Shown here piece after piece: positions 25,726 through 41,311 of a stretch of 64,000 nt of DNA. Source of the stretch: Dimorphilus gyrociliatus (taxonomy: Eukaryota > Animalia > Annelida); contig CAJFCJ010000009.1 in NCBI GenBank assembly GCA_904063045.1, forward strand, positions 166,942-230,941, written 5' to 3'. How positions within the stretch are numbered: position 1 is the first letter of the stretch; every line of letters starts with the position of its first letter. The position numbers and the translations under genes were made by a program. A model generated the notes under the pieces. The model was not told where the DNA came from, searched no databases, and saw only the letters and a list, made by a program, of their open reading frames with translations.

Positions 25726-27234
25726 CTTAGTATTATGTAAGATTTCAAATGGAGCTAAAATTATCTTCTAGGTATCTTCTTTATAAAGAAGCAGAAGCGG
25801 TGAGAATAACAATATGTTAAACGTGAAAGTATAAAGATAAATGACTAAATAAAAGAGGGTTAAATGAAATATTTTGATATTTTTATAATAAGGTTAACAA
25901 CAAAATTATCTAAAAAGAATAGCTTCCGTTTTGCAATAAGTTTATAGAGAAAGAGAGAGAGAGAGAGAGAGTTATTTACTTTTTAAGTGGATTGTAATCT
26001 TTAATCCTCCTCCTGCTTAACATCAACAGTTTAGTTTCATGCTTCCCCTATTTATGATCAAATTGTCCTCTTAAGATAAGCTTTATAAATAGAAAAAGTT
26101 ACTTTTATGGGACGGTTACATTCTCAACTTTATTCTTATTTTATTGAGGAAATGATAAAGCTCAGTATCCTCGATAAATAGATAAGAGCAACATCGCACT
26201 TTAACTGGAAATAATATTATTATAAATTCATATCTCTTGTTAATAGCTCAATATCGCACGATCAAAAAACTTTACACTAACGCCTTCTAGTATCTTTCAA
26301 AATATTAATATTAAAATTCTCTTTACATATAAAAATTAGCTAAGAATGATAAACATTTATAAGAGACGTTCGTAATCTCCTTTTAAATAGTAATACAAAT
26401 TATTCTCTTTGATTTCAAACATTTTGTAATAGACTCTTATTTGCAGTCTTTACTGCAATGCTTCAATTGATAATTAATTAGACATAAAACAAAGAAATTG
26501 ATTTGAATAAGTGATTAGTCAAAATTGCTCAACTGAATGAATCTTGAAAGAATAGAATAATTGGTAAATGAGTAAATCGTTTCTCTTTCATTATTTCTCT
26601 TATAGACGCCAGATAGCATGATAAAAAAATAAAAAGTGATTTTTATTTAAGTCTTTTCCGGTTTCCTTTTCCTCTTTCATTAAAAAGAGAAATTCTATCC
26701 AAAAGTATATTTAAGAATTGAGATAATAGACTAAAAACACAAGGCCATCCTTTAATTTTAATTAATTATATTAATTATGCATGAGTCATTTTCATTTTAT
26801 TTTTGACATCCAACACTTAAAAAACAAGGTGACAAAGTGTTATTGTTGATTTATAAATCAATTGTGCCATAACATATATACTGATTCAAAAATTGGATAT
26901 AACTATACAAAGGATCTTTGAATAACTACTATAAATAGTTTCTTTTAATTATTTAATTATAAAAGAGTCTTAAATTTTTATAGTTAAAACAATAATTGGC
27001 AGAAGAATGTACTATATAAATTGTAATCGTTCATCTTTTTACATAAGAAATTAATTCAATAAGGCATAAATAATGAAAATTGGAAAATAGTCTGTTGAGA
27101 ATTGTCTCTTTTGTCGTTGTTTTTCTATCTTTCTTATTATACTTGTTATAGTTATAGATTGTTATAAAATTGTACGTTGTATAAGAGAACATCTTTGAAT
27201 TCGTGAGCACTGAGATTAACAACTCTTCTCGTTT

Positions 27235-27777
27235 TTATGTTGAACTAAGAAAATCTTCTTGTAGTCCAAGATTTCGCCTAAAAAATGGTCTTGTCAGGTG
27301 AGCTAATTCTCGTTTAGCTAATAGATTCGATTCGGGGCGTCTTTTTAGGAACGCCATTCCCTTTTTTAAACAGACGCTTTGCTCTTCTTTACTCATTTCT
27401 AAAAGTTTTTTAGTTTTATCATTTTTTATTTTCATATCGTCCATTTCCGCAATTGCCTTTTCCACTTGGAAACGAAACGACCGACTCTCGGTTGAATAAG
27501 ATGTATTTTCATTTACTACCTTTCTATATGCTAAAATCTTCTTTAAACTCTGATTTGTTCTGAGACAAACTCTCTCCAACCTTCTTTCAAGTATATCAGC
27601 GTGTCTTTCGATAACTTTAAGTTTCATTCTTGACATTCTCTTCTCAATAGCATTGGCCATTTGGGCTCGTCGTTCCATCTTTTCCGATTGTTTGACTACG
27701 GCTATGAATCTTGAATTAGCACCAAAAGAGGTTGAATCTTGAGCTTGAAGGAGAACTTTATTTCTTGCTTGCGGCAT
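27235..27777 (-). CDS. Uncharacterised basic coiled-coil protein, single exon, 180 aa
   Basis: ATG-initiated, stop-free 543-nt ORF in AT-rich surroundings; charged helical composition; no family recognised. Confidence 0.65.
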   Translation of the reverse strand: MPQARNKVLLQAQDSTSFGANSRFIAVVKQSEKMERRAQMANAIEKRMSRMKLKVIERHADILERRLERVCLRTNQSLKKILAYRKVVNENTSYSTESRSFRFQVEKAIAEMDDMKIKNDKTKKLLEMSKEEQSVCLKKGMAFLKRRPESNLLAKRELAHLTRPFFRRNLGLQEDFLSST

Positions 27778-28239
27778 AACTGTTGAGAGTTTAGAGTCGA
27801 TTGTCTCTATGAGAATTTTAAGTTTCGATCGTATCCGTTTTTATTGTTCAAATCGGTCAATTGATCCTCCTAGCGTCACTTACGCCTTCTTTTTTTATCC
27901 TACATAATATTTAACTCATGAATTATCAACATATCCGATTACTACTTAGATTGAATAGAATAGCGTAAGTTGTCGTTTAAGGAGTAAACACGTCGGATAT
28001 TTTAATTGTTTGTTTGGAGAGATATGCTTTTTCCTCGGATTAATCATCTATACATTAACCCTTGGACTTTATTATTCGGAGAAACTCATTAATTTGAGAC
28101 AAGAATAGAAATTATCGATCATTCTTGCCAACTCAATATATCTCTGTTCTTCTTATTATAGACTAAATGAAATGAAGCGAATAAAAGAAAAAAATACATT
28201 ATTTTCCTCACGCTTGAACGTCCTTACATAAAATAAACT

Positions 28240-28253
28240 GCGCCATCTAGTGG
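28240..28253 (-). promoter_or_regulatory. CTCF core motif CCACTAGATGGCGC
   Basis: Plus strand reads GCGCCATCTAGTGG, matching the established CTCF core consensus; about 460 bp upstream of the 180-aa ORF. Confidence 0.6.
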
Positions 28254-29248
28254 TTATCAACAATATCCCATTGTCTGTATACGTAAGACCGGAAAGGGAT
28301 ATGAGGTGAGGGAAAGATAGAAAGAAAGAAAGAAAAAGAAAGAGGGTGGGAGCAAGTAGAAGAATGAAAGTCAGATTCTATACATCTGTGAGGTAACAGT
28401 TTAAGTGGTATTATGCTATAGGGTTAAGATTAGTGGTTATTGAAGTGAAAAGAATTTGGGGCGATTGTAAATGTATCAGTTTCAATCTCTTGTTTTCCAA
28501 TACCGGATTAATATCTGGGCAAATACAGGAAAAGGGAGAGGGAAATAACGGGGTCGGTAGTTTTATCTAGAGGATACTGGTAAGAGACAAATCAACAAGA
28601 TTAATCTCTTCTATAGACAGGTAAAGAGACCCACTGGGTATAAGACACTCGATACCCTCGGGCCTAAACAAGCGTGTCTTAATCAGGGCGTCGATGCTTT
28701 ATTGTTCACTGAACAATATATAGCGTCAACATCAGACTGGACAACGCGGCGTGACGTCTTGAATTATTGCCTTACACGCGGGTTAATATGTACACATTGT
28801 GCGTTTGTCGGTAGTACGAACGTACCGTAAGTACAGCAAATCTCCTTATTACGCAATTAAAACTGCTGCCCCCTCCCCTTCCTCAACCCTTAAAAGTACT
28901 CAATTTGAAAGTTTTCAAGACTATTCAAACAGAGATTTTTTATTCTTAAACATAATCTTTATAAATATTCATAGATGTATTGAATTCTTTCTATTATTTT
29001 TTTTTTTGCTGAACAGAGAAAATGTGTTCAAAATAATTTGGAGCATGCAAACAATACAAAACAGAATAGAGAATAATTTTACAAACTTGATCACAATTTA
29101 GCTTGAATCTAGACTTTATCTTTCTTAAATTCAACTACTTTTTTTTAACAATAAAGCTAATTATCTAGAGTATAAATAATTAATTATATAGATATATATG
29201 TATATTTTACAATGCATAGTTAGCCAAAAAATTGTTGATACTCCCTGT

Positions 29249-29251
<3 letters not shown>

Positions 29252-29290
<39 letters not shown>
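29252..29290. repeat. (AT)n microsatellite
   Basis: Seen directly. Confidence 0.9.
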
Positions 29291-29292
<2 letters not shown>

Positions 29293-32200
29293 TAAAAAGT
29301 GCATAGTGGGATAGATAGATAAATACAAATAATTATAAAATAAGGGAGTAATGTTATATATTTCAATTGTTAACATAGAAAACACACAATTTAAAAAGCA
29401 TTAATTAAGTTATTTTATCACAGCTATCGCTTAAAACTGGCCAAAAAGAAACTTGTTTTATTATTTCTTTCTTTTCATTCTTTTATTCATCGTTCATTTC
29501 TTTCATTCCGTATATTTTCTGTTCAAAAAAAGAAAAGAGATGTAAATGATTTTTTTAGTTTTTATACTAAAATGAACAATTTCCAAATGAATGAACACAC
29601 TTGGAAAATATCGTAAACAACTATACTATTTATTGTTTATCGAGTATTCTTCTCGTTCAATCTAGCATTTATCGAGTACAATCGTAGTAGTTTACGTTAA
29701 TACCTCTTATTTATGTAATGACACCGATAAAAATATCACATTGCTTTTGGGAAATTGATCTAGAAAATCTGTGCAAATATAGTAGCGTTTAACTCCTTGA
29801 ATGGGATTTTCAAATACTAGGTACGTTATTCAAATAAAAAAAGAAAAAGGTACATAATTAAAAGATTAGACGAATGAAGAGAATGATACAAAAGAGAGAA
29901 ATCCCTTCTAATTTTAATATTGAAAAGTCGTCTATAATTAAAAGGGAATAAAGAAGAAACTGTCTAAATAGACCATTGCGTGCACGTATAACGAATGTTG
30001 CCCAGCAGGCAATTATCGAACGAATCCGCCATTTCGCTTTGTTTTCTCACAGTCTAATGGCATTTTCCAACACCTAAGAAATTGTTCAATAGACGCTCAG
30101 GATGCGAACGGCGGTTTCGTTTTCTTTCCCCCGCTCACGCGAGCCACCGACTGTCTGATATATTAACTCGCACAAGTATTTAAGACAGTTTCCTATTATT
30201 AAATAATTATATGCGCAAAATTTCATATATTAACTAATTTATCTGTATATATATATATAAGGGAGTAGAGTCGGATCAGTAGTTATAATGTATAAAAGAA
30301 CGACATCTAATTTGCGACGCTCTCAACAGTTAACCCTTTCAAAACAAGAATTTCGAATGTCAGATGCAAAGTTCAACTTTAATCCTCTCGACGTTGGTGC
30401 GCGGAAGGTTTTAATCAAAAGAACATGGAAACATCTGCTGCTTGCATGAATTTTTGAACGCGTATGCTAAATTACTGTTCAATCACCTTTGTCAGGTATT
30501 CTTTTTATACGAGTCTCTCTGTCTTCGATATATATAGCTCATAAATTACAGCGGAGACATCAACATCAATATTATTTCCATACAAGGAATATCAAGGCAA
30601 TAGTTTTTATATATATACAGTATATACTGTATATAATTAAATGATTCTTTTTTTTGTCCTATTCTATTTATTCTTCTAGCAGACGGTAATTATTTCGTAT
30701 AGACTTTTATATAACGTAGAAAGAAAAAACAAGTTTATACAGCATATAATATATTTCGTCTCTATAGAAACTGTATAAACAGCTTCTTTTTGTTTTTTTT
30801 TTATTTTTACAAGCCGATAATGAACAATAGCCTTGAAGTAGAAGTTTTTTCTCTCCTCTTAATAATTTCGCCAGGTGTTCTTAATTAATGTCCGTGCGGT
30901 ATGAATTAATGTTTGTTTGTTTTTTTAACATCTATATTAAGGAGATGTTTTTGCCAAAAATTTCTCAACCAGCTATTAATAACGGTTTTCGATTTATTAC
31001 TCGTGCATAAGTAATTTAGACATTAATAGCGTTTATATACGCGGTAAGTATATTGTATGTAACAATAAAGAGGCGTTATTAAGCGGTGCTACGAAGCGTT
31101 CATTTTAGCACTCTTGGGAAGTAATACACAGGTGTGGTATTCCATACGGAAATTATTCCATTTTCAAACAATTTCCTGGAAAAATCATGAAGTTTTGCTC
31201 ACAATGACCAACTACAAATACTGTACGAGCGTCACAAATTTCAATTTTTCCCTTTTCTTCCCTCATTCAATTTTAATATAATTGACGTCTTTCTCTCCTT
31301 AAATCTCCTAAGCTAAACTATTTATTTAATGGAATAGAATTCAAGGAACGATTTACAATTAGACTTTGTTAAATTCCCTACGTCTAAAGAATTTTTGCAC
31401 GCAAATTCCACGTAAACCGTTCATTCAAGCGTCTATTTCGTTAAGCGTTAAAAATTTCGCTATACAAATAATAAATTTTTCTATTAAACTTACCATTAAA
31501 ATTTTCAATTTTCATGTTCTCTCTTCATTCTCAATTCATCTTAACGTCGAAGCTTATAACAATTCTTATGGTAATTATTACCACAAACCAGTATCGCAAC
31601 CATCATCATCATCATCCATTCTTTCAATTATCTTAACCATTCATTTAATAATACGAATTTTAATTTTATTTATTTTAATTCTGGTCTATTTACAGTCCTG
31701 GACGGAGTTGATAAGGAATTTTATGTAGATATACTTAATAAATTAATTAATTTAACTAAAATTATCTCTAAATACTTCTTTTATATTGTTTAAATACATT
31801 TTTAGTTATTAAACATTGAAAAAGTTTCTATTTAGAGTTTTACGCGGCCGTCGGAGACGACGGGGCAAAACCCCAATCGTCTCTACTTCAATAAATCCCT
31901 TTAATTCGCCTTTATAACAACGCGTTGCAGGTAAAACGTAAAATGCGCATGCGTGAGGCGGAGCTTATCGAAAATCTTTACAGACTCTTTTTAAAGCTTC
32001 GATTTCTTGTACTAATCGATATAATCTCTTTTCCGTTGCTATATGATTAATTCAAAATCCTTCTACGTTTCAAGTAATAATTTCTTTAGCCTTTTTTTTA
32101 TCCTATAATGATCAAATAGGCAAATATATACATATATATGTATATATATATAACGTGCTAATACTACAATGTATACAATACATGTATATAAATAATACGT

Positions 32201-34339
32201 TTCCTTATACTTTCCGCAATTTTAGGCCTATCAATAATAGATAAAAAGTTATTAATGTAAACAAAAAAAAAGAGTTACAGATTGAAAAACATGAAAATGA
32301 GAAAAAGAAAACTATTTATATTTTCCCATTAGTTGAATAAATTTATCTTATTAATTATGAATTTTATAAGTAAGACTTTTATACTGCCAAAGTCGAATTA
32401 AGATAGAATAGAATAACAATGTAAAACAAAATGATGGAACGGAATTGAGGAGTATGATGAGAATAAAGAGAATTATAAATGTACCATTTTATATTAAGAG
32501 GTTATAAATAATTATAAAAGTATTTTCTGTATATATATATAATATATACGAATATTGGTAATACGAATAAAATTGAATACATTTACATATATTAACTTGG
32601 GTTAATTAGGAGTATTTCTCCAATAATTAATTTCCCGTAAGAGGAGGATAAAGTTATTATTTTATTTCAAGCGTAAAATAAACGGATAGTATTAGAAGTA
32701 TTAGGAAAGAAAATGAATCAATATACTAATGGAAATGTTAGTAGCTATGGAACAAGTATTCTCTCTTATTTAAAAAAAGACTATAGAATAAAAAAAGTAC
32801 CATATGGGAAAATATAACCCTAAAGCATCTGCGAAAAGAAGAGGAAGAAGAAAAGGTAAAGAACGCTCTGTTTGTCTTGTGCCAAGGTATAAAACGACGT
32901 CGTATTGAACACAATACATCGACAAACATTCTATAGACATGGGACAGTTTGCATACGATTGTTTTTACCTGTTTATTTTCTATGAGACAACATTCTAAAG
33001 AATTGTTTATCCCGACTAAAAAAAGGAAAAGAGCAGAAATCAAAAGCTTTTTTTTTTATCGCAATTTAATTAAAAAAAAATTGTTAATTTTTAATTTCGT
33101 ACCTTTCTCTCTCTCTTTTCGTTTTTCTTTCTCTCTCTCTCTCTTTTTCTCCATAATCATTAAAGTTTCATATATAAATTGTGCAACTACTTGCTTATTC
33201 ATAGAAATTTTTTCTCTTTTACTCAACCGCATACGCTATTTGTTCAAGGATCCGCTTTTGTTCAATTTACTTTGTACATATGGTCGCAAATTGAACGGTT
33301 CTGTATACACTTTATCAAAGGTCCATAACTTACACGGGTAATAATACACCAAATCCTACTATTGCTTGAGAGAAAAAAGGGAAAAAAAGAACGATGGAAG
33401 CACGTACAGACTCGTAGCGTCTGTTTACTCTCTCTTAGAATTCATTAACAACATTTTACATGAAACCTTTAAGGTCGATTAATAAAATGTCTGTGTAATG
33501 AAAATGTTAAACGGTTTTTTTTTAAAAAATCATCTGTCAAGTTCTGTTAGGCGTTACATTTTGAATTTGAGATAAACCCTTTCAAAAGATTGGGATAAAC
33601 GTACTCGACTCTATGATATTGAAGATAAAAACAAGTAGAAAAAATTTCTGCACTCGCTCTAATTATTAATCAACTTTCAAGCGAGGTAGAGATTTTTCCA
33701 TCCCTTAGGACCTTATCACAGCGGGAGTACACCTTTTCATCAAGAATACAAGGTAAAAATTGACCCTTTTCGTACACTCCTTTATGCTTTATTAGGAATC
33801 AGAATGAAATATTATAATCCTTCTATTATAGCTCCCTCTTCTTTCTATCCTTATACAAAGAATAATTCCAGGTTATATTTTTATTGCCCAATTATATCCT
33901 CCTCTTTCCTCGCATTTTACCTTTTAATAGATGTGTAATCCTTTTAAGATAGGTGGCGTGACATATCTTGAACATTTTGCTCCATCTATTGTACAATATT
34001 TTTCTTCTATAGTGTTGTTGCATAGTTGTTTGCCCTTCAATGACTCTTATTTAAATATCCTAATTAAAAAATTATCGTTCCAGCGCCAGCAATTTAATTA
34101 GAGAATTATTTATAATGTAGAAACTCTCATAGACACATGTAATATATATATGTTACGTCATTACAACATAATATTTAATACTATAAATTCTTCGGCTGAA
34201 TTATAGTTAGATATTTATATATTTGTATTAGTAATAGACAAATATTAGGAGAGAATAATTTAAGATCAATCAGTCAGTTATTACTTGATCATTCTATATT
34301 TTAAGATAAAGAACACATATATTGTTGGGGAAACATTGA

Positions 34340-34363
34340 GACAGACAGACAGACAGACAGACA
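34340..34363. repeat. (GACA)6 microsatellite
   Basis: Seen directly. Confidence 0.85.
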
Positions 34364-36956
34364 TGCATACATACATACAAACATAGACAAAGGCGCAAAA
34401 GAGATAGAGAGAAAGGGAAAAAAGCATTAGACGGAATTAAGTGTATTTGACATTGAGGTTGTTAATGATTGCCATCCGTTAGTTGTCACCGTCGAGAAAT
34501 CCTTAAATAATTTAACAAAAACTTCTTGCTTCGGTGAATAAATCCTCAAGCTCATCATCCCGAAACGAACATGACGCCCCATTAAATCCTATTGTCGCCT
34601 CCTACAAAAATAAAACACATATATACAATATACTGTCGTGCTTGTTTTCCTCAATTTACTTTCGAAGTAAATACTTAATTAATTCCCAATTAGTAAATTA
34701 ATTAAAGTATTAATTGTAATAATTACTTAATTCCTTAATCAAAACCACATTAACTAGAAATGGAAGTGAAAGATAGGAGAGGATTGGTTAAAGTAGAGAC
34801 GTTAACTCGCTTCACAGCGCGGACTCTTTTTGGCGCCTTAAAAGTACAATCTGACATTGTAATATACAATCTGTTATATCCTTAGGCAGTTGATAGGTAT
34901 TATAAGAACCTGTTAAGTATAATGGATCTGCTGGTACTCTATAGCCTATATAAATTTTTTTATCTTAATATATTAATATCCATTCTTTTCTTTTTTTTTC
35001 ATTGAAAATTTCTAGATACTTAACAAATGTTACTTTCCTATTAAAAGCATCATTCTTCTCTTCGTCCTCAACTTTTTAGTCAAATATTGCGAAGAGAAAT
35101 TAAAGATTACGAATAAAAGATAATTAAAGATAGCTTAACATTGAAATTTATTAATAAATTAATAGATACAATAAAAAGAAAAGTGAACCAGACGAAAATT
35201 TACAATACTATACAAAATGTATAAGTTTTTTATAGTCATTTTAGACAGCCGCATAATAATGGGGAAGTGTAACAAACAAAGGATAATTGGAATATTATAA
35301 TAAACAATATAGAAGTTACGAAAAACATAGGTGAAAAAACGAAAAAAGATAGACAATTTGCAGAGAAAGCTAAAGAATGAATAAATAAATGTAGCTCTAT
35401 AAAAGAATATTCTTATTAATAAATTGTATATAGTTGATTTTTGTATTTAATTTAACACACAATATTTTTCCTAAGACTTTGATAACACTGCGAAAAATTC
35501 ACTATAAATTTTAAAACAATGCCAAAGTTATAATAGACAACTATAGATATATTGAAATAAATTTATAATGGTAATATACTTAACAATAACTTTTCATTGG
35601 GAACAATAGAAAATTTTAAATTATGAAATCAGTCATATACTGAAGGAAAGAACAATTAATCTATTCTTTAGATTATTATTCACTTTTTACATTCATTCCT
35701 TCTCTCTCTCTCTCACTTTCCTGTCCTTGCATTCGTTTTTTGAAAAGGTTCAGATCATCTTTAAATTGTTTTGGGTATGAAACATAAATATATTTATGTC
35801 GTCAATTGAATAGAAACGCCCACAACGTCGAATTATCTAATTTGTTTTAGTTTTATTGAAAAGCCAGTTCAATTCTTGTTTATAGTTTGAGAAAAGCCTC
35901 ATATAATTTTCATCAGTCTCTCCATTTTACTCTCCTTTTATTATCGCTGTTATTCGAGAAGTTAATGTTTTGTATTCATTTTCTGTATAATATATATTAT
36001 AATAAAACATAACTTAAAAGATTGTCTTAGCTTGTTAGTTTGTCAAAAAACATATTCAATTTTAATGTCTATTCAGCAAATTTTGAAAAGATGTTCGTTT
36101 TAATCTGAGTAGTAATGTTAATATTTTAATTATGTTATTTCATGTTAGTCTTACATTTTTTTCCCTTTTGGAAAAAGGGACAAAACAATAAAATTCTCCT
36201 TCCGCTATTCACGCAAACATGGCGGCCTTTTGCATATTTGATGTTCTGAAGAGCGACATGCTTGAACGATCTAGTGCACGCTCCGCCTACTTCTTTGTTA
36301 GACACTCAATCTAACTCATTACATATTCTTAGCCTTTCAACATAAATTCTTATGTCCTATTGTCTATCTGTTGCACCTTGATGGCAGTCAATTGACAAAC
36401 AGCTTCGTCTTTTTGTTAAAATTCAATTTATCTCTATAAAATCAGTACTTTTTTCCCTTAAGCTGTTAATATTTGCCAACTATCTTCAACAGTAACAACA
36501 AACAACTATAAATACAAATACAAACCAATAAACGAAAAGGAAAACTACAAAAGAACATTTTTAATTGTTCTAATTAGTTATTGTTAATGACAACTAAAGG
36601 TTGAAGGCTAAAGCTAAATAAAGCAAAAACTTACTAAAAAGTCATATTAATAAAGTATTACTTCGTAAAAGTTAATTGAATGTACGAACAAGCGGTAAAA
36701 AAAAGGTCAAGTTTTATTAAAATTGGATTATAACTAATGTTCTTAGAGGATACCCGTTTTCCTTTAGTTCTTTTTAACTTAAATGCCTTCTCTTATAGGA
36801 ACATTTTCCTTAGTTATTTATTAGTAAAAGTTAAAAAAGTAAACAAAAGAAGAAAAGACAAACTCTTCGATTGAAAGGGATTTCACATCTGTTAACTGCC
36901 AAAGGCTGGGATTGACATTAAAATCCCTTAAAGTTGATCGCAATTGATACTTGCAT

Positions 36957-36964
36957 TATATAAA
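36957..36964 (+). promoter_or_regulatory. Candidate TATA box of POU4
   Basis: TATATAAA about 90 nt upstream of ATG 37046; TATA-like strings are common in this AT-rich DNA. Confidence 0.3.
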
Positions 36965-37045
36965 GTGCAAAGGCCTAGATCAGAGAAAAAGAAGAACAAT
37001 GTAAAAGAGTTGTCCCTCCCGGGAGATTGATGACGCTCAGAGTGA

Positions 37046-38217
37046 ATGGTATATAGTTATTCAAATACTCATGCATATTTGAAACACCTTGAATTGAGGC
37101 GGGCGTCACTTCGTCGTTCGACGTCACTCAAAGCGTCCACTGTCAGCATGATGGTAAGTTTTTTTTACCTGTTGCTATCAAACTTTAGAGAAAGTTTTCT
37201 TCGCTTGCCAAACTTGAACTTTAAAGTTAAAGGCAAACTTGATAAACATATTCTAACGTTTAAATTTTGTTTTTCTAGAATGAAATCTTTGGACCTGGAT
37301 TTGAAAATGCAGCTATTTTATCAGCTAGGCCTGATTTAGTTGCAGATATGCCGAAACACGCGACAAATGGACCTCCACCATCGTTAATGAAACCGGAGAC
37401 GTTTTACAGTGGTATGGGGGTTCATGTAAGTGCGCCAAATTCGTCGTCAGATATTTCGGCGATTCCTACATCCAGATCCCAGCACCAAATGCACTCTTTC
37501 CCGACGCACTATATGAATTCTGCGGCAATTCCCGACCAAGCTATGCTGGATCAACTTGGCTCGGCTACTTCGCTATCGACTCACCACATTTCTGACCACA
37601 TGCAACATCAGATGATGTACTCGCAGGCATATAGCCAACCACCTCATGGTGTTAATCATCATCCCCCTTTCGCTGCGGCACCATCACATCATTCGATGCA
37701 ACATTCTGCCGTCCAGGAGATGGATTGTGACCCACGAGAGCTAGAAGCTTTCGCAGAGAGATTTAAACAGAGAAGGATCAAGTTGGGCGTTACGCAAGCT
37801 GATGTCGGTAAAGCTTTGGGTAATTTGAAATTACCTGGTGTGGGTTCGCTCAGCCAAAGCACGATTTGCAGGTTCGAATCGTTAACGCTGAGTCATAATA
37901 ATATGATTGCTTTAAAACCTGTTCTTGCCGCCTGGCTGGACGAGGCGGAAAGACAGGCAAGAGATAATAACGTGACAAGAGAGATCTTCCATTCGGCAGC
38001 AGATAGAAAGAGAAAGAGAACATCAATAGCTGCACCAGAGAAGAGATCGCTGGAGGCCTACTTTGCTGTGCAACCAAGACCATCCGGCGAAAAGATCGCT
38101 CAAATAGCTGACAAGTTAAGTCTGAAGAAGAGCGTTGTAAGAGTTTGGTTCTGTAATCAAAGGCAGAAGCAAAAGAGAATGAAATTTGCCGCTTTTGGTC
38201 ATATTTCAAGTCGTTAA
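37046..38217 (+). CDS. POU4: Class IV POU-homeodomain factor (Brn3/Acj6/UNC-86 type), exons 37046-37153 and 37279-38217
   Basis: POU-specific domain LEAFAERFKQRRIKLGVTQADVG...SQSTICRFESLTLSHNNMIALKP; homeodomain RKRTSIAAPEKRSLEAYF...VRVWFCNQRQKQKR; spliced N-terminal NEIFGPGF resembles the POU4 upstream homology box. Start could instead be ATG 37148. Confidence 0.96.
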
Positions 38218-39371
38218 GATGAAATAATCTCTTTATTATCTCGCCTATTTTTTTGTAAAACCTTTATCTTTTCATGCTCTGGTCGTATGTTAAAAGAAAA
38301 GGAAAATTGCTATTCGTATTGCATTTTTATCACAATGTTTCTTAATCAATTTTTAATACTAACGAATATTTCATACAAAGTTTATCATTTTTGATAAATT
38401 ATACCAATGTAGTGCCTTGCCAAGGAGATGTAGAAGTGAGAAATGAAGACGGAATGGGAGAAAGGGAAATAAAAAAACTAGAAAAAAATAGTATCAACCG
38501 CCGTCTTCTCTTCCTTCTCTCTCTTTTTCTTTCTAGCTTTCTTTTCTGTCCCTTCTGTTCCTAGTTTTCTTGTAAATTTTCTATAGTTATATGAAAATAT
38601 TATGTAATTTGTTTGTTTTTGCATAATCTGTTTCTCTTTTTTTTATTTTCAATAGAAGAAGTTTTACTAAATAAACCTTTTGAAACCGGCGAGAAACGGA
38701 AACAAAAATATTTAATTAAAATTATTCCCTGTTACTCTTATCAAAAATAATAGGTGGCGCCTTAATTTGATTCGAAATAATCTATTGATTCGTAATGAAT
38801 GTCGTAACCGTCATTTTTTGTCTAATCAATCAAAAGCAAATTGTTAAATGTAAATATTATCCTGTAAAGTTTACAATGAATTTTTCATTATATCAAGATT
38901 TTATTAATTGATGGAAAATCTTGAAATTTTGATGATTTATTGTTAATTCCATGAAAAAAGTTTGTTCTATATTGATCATATTGAAATTATACTGTGGAAA
39001 ATGGCACAAAAAGTTGTATCTACTTCCCATCACATTAAAATATTCTACAATATATATGTATAGCTGTTAAGTAGTCTTTTCATCGTTTCCGAACCAAAAA
39101 AAAAATATGTAGAATAATAAAGAAAAAAAGAGTAATTTGGAGACAAAGAGAGACTCAGAGAGTGAGACAGTATCATCACAGAGAATTTTTGACGAGCCAA
39201 AATTTCATTTTCAACTGAATTGAATAAAGAATAATTGATAAATTAGAAGAAAAGAGAGGCAGAAAGTTAAGATTGATAGTCAAATTATTAAATTGAAAGC
39301 ATATAGTATATAATATAAAATAAATCAAGAAAAAAATAATACAGAATATAGCCACATTGTGTAAAATTCCC

Positions 39372-41311
<1,940 letters not shown>

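Noticed and set aside
26770-26782. ATGCATAATTAAT (reverse) as a POU4 autoregulatory site
   Set aside because: Good motif match, but it lies about 10 kb from POU4 beyond another gene and a CTCF motif, in very AT-rich DNA; a single hit is insufficient.
28799-35356. ORF-track entries in the POU4 upstream region (28799, 31366, 32738, 32949, 35159)
   Set aside because: Several have non-ATG starts; all are F/I/L/K-rich translations of AT-rich low-complexity DNA with no splice-consistent partners.
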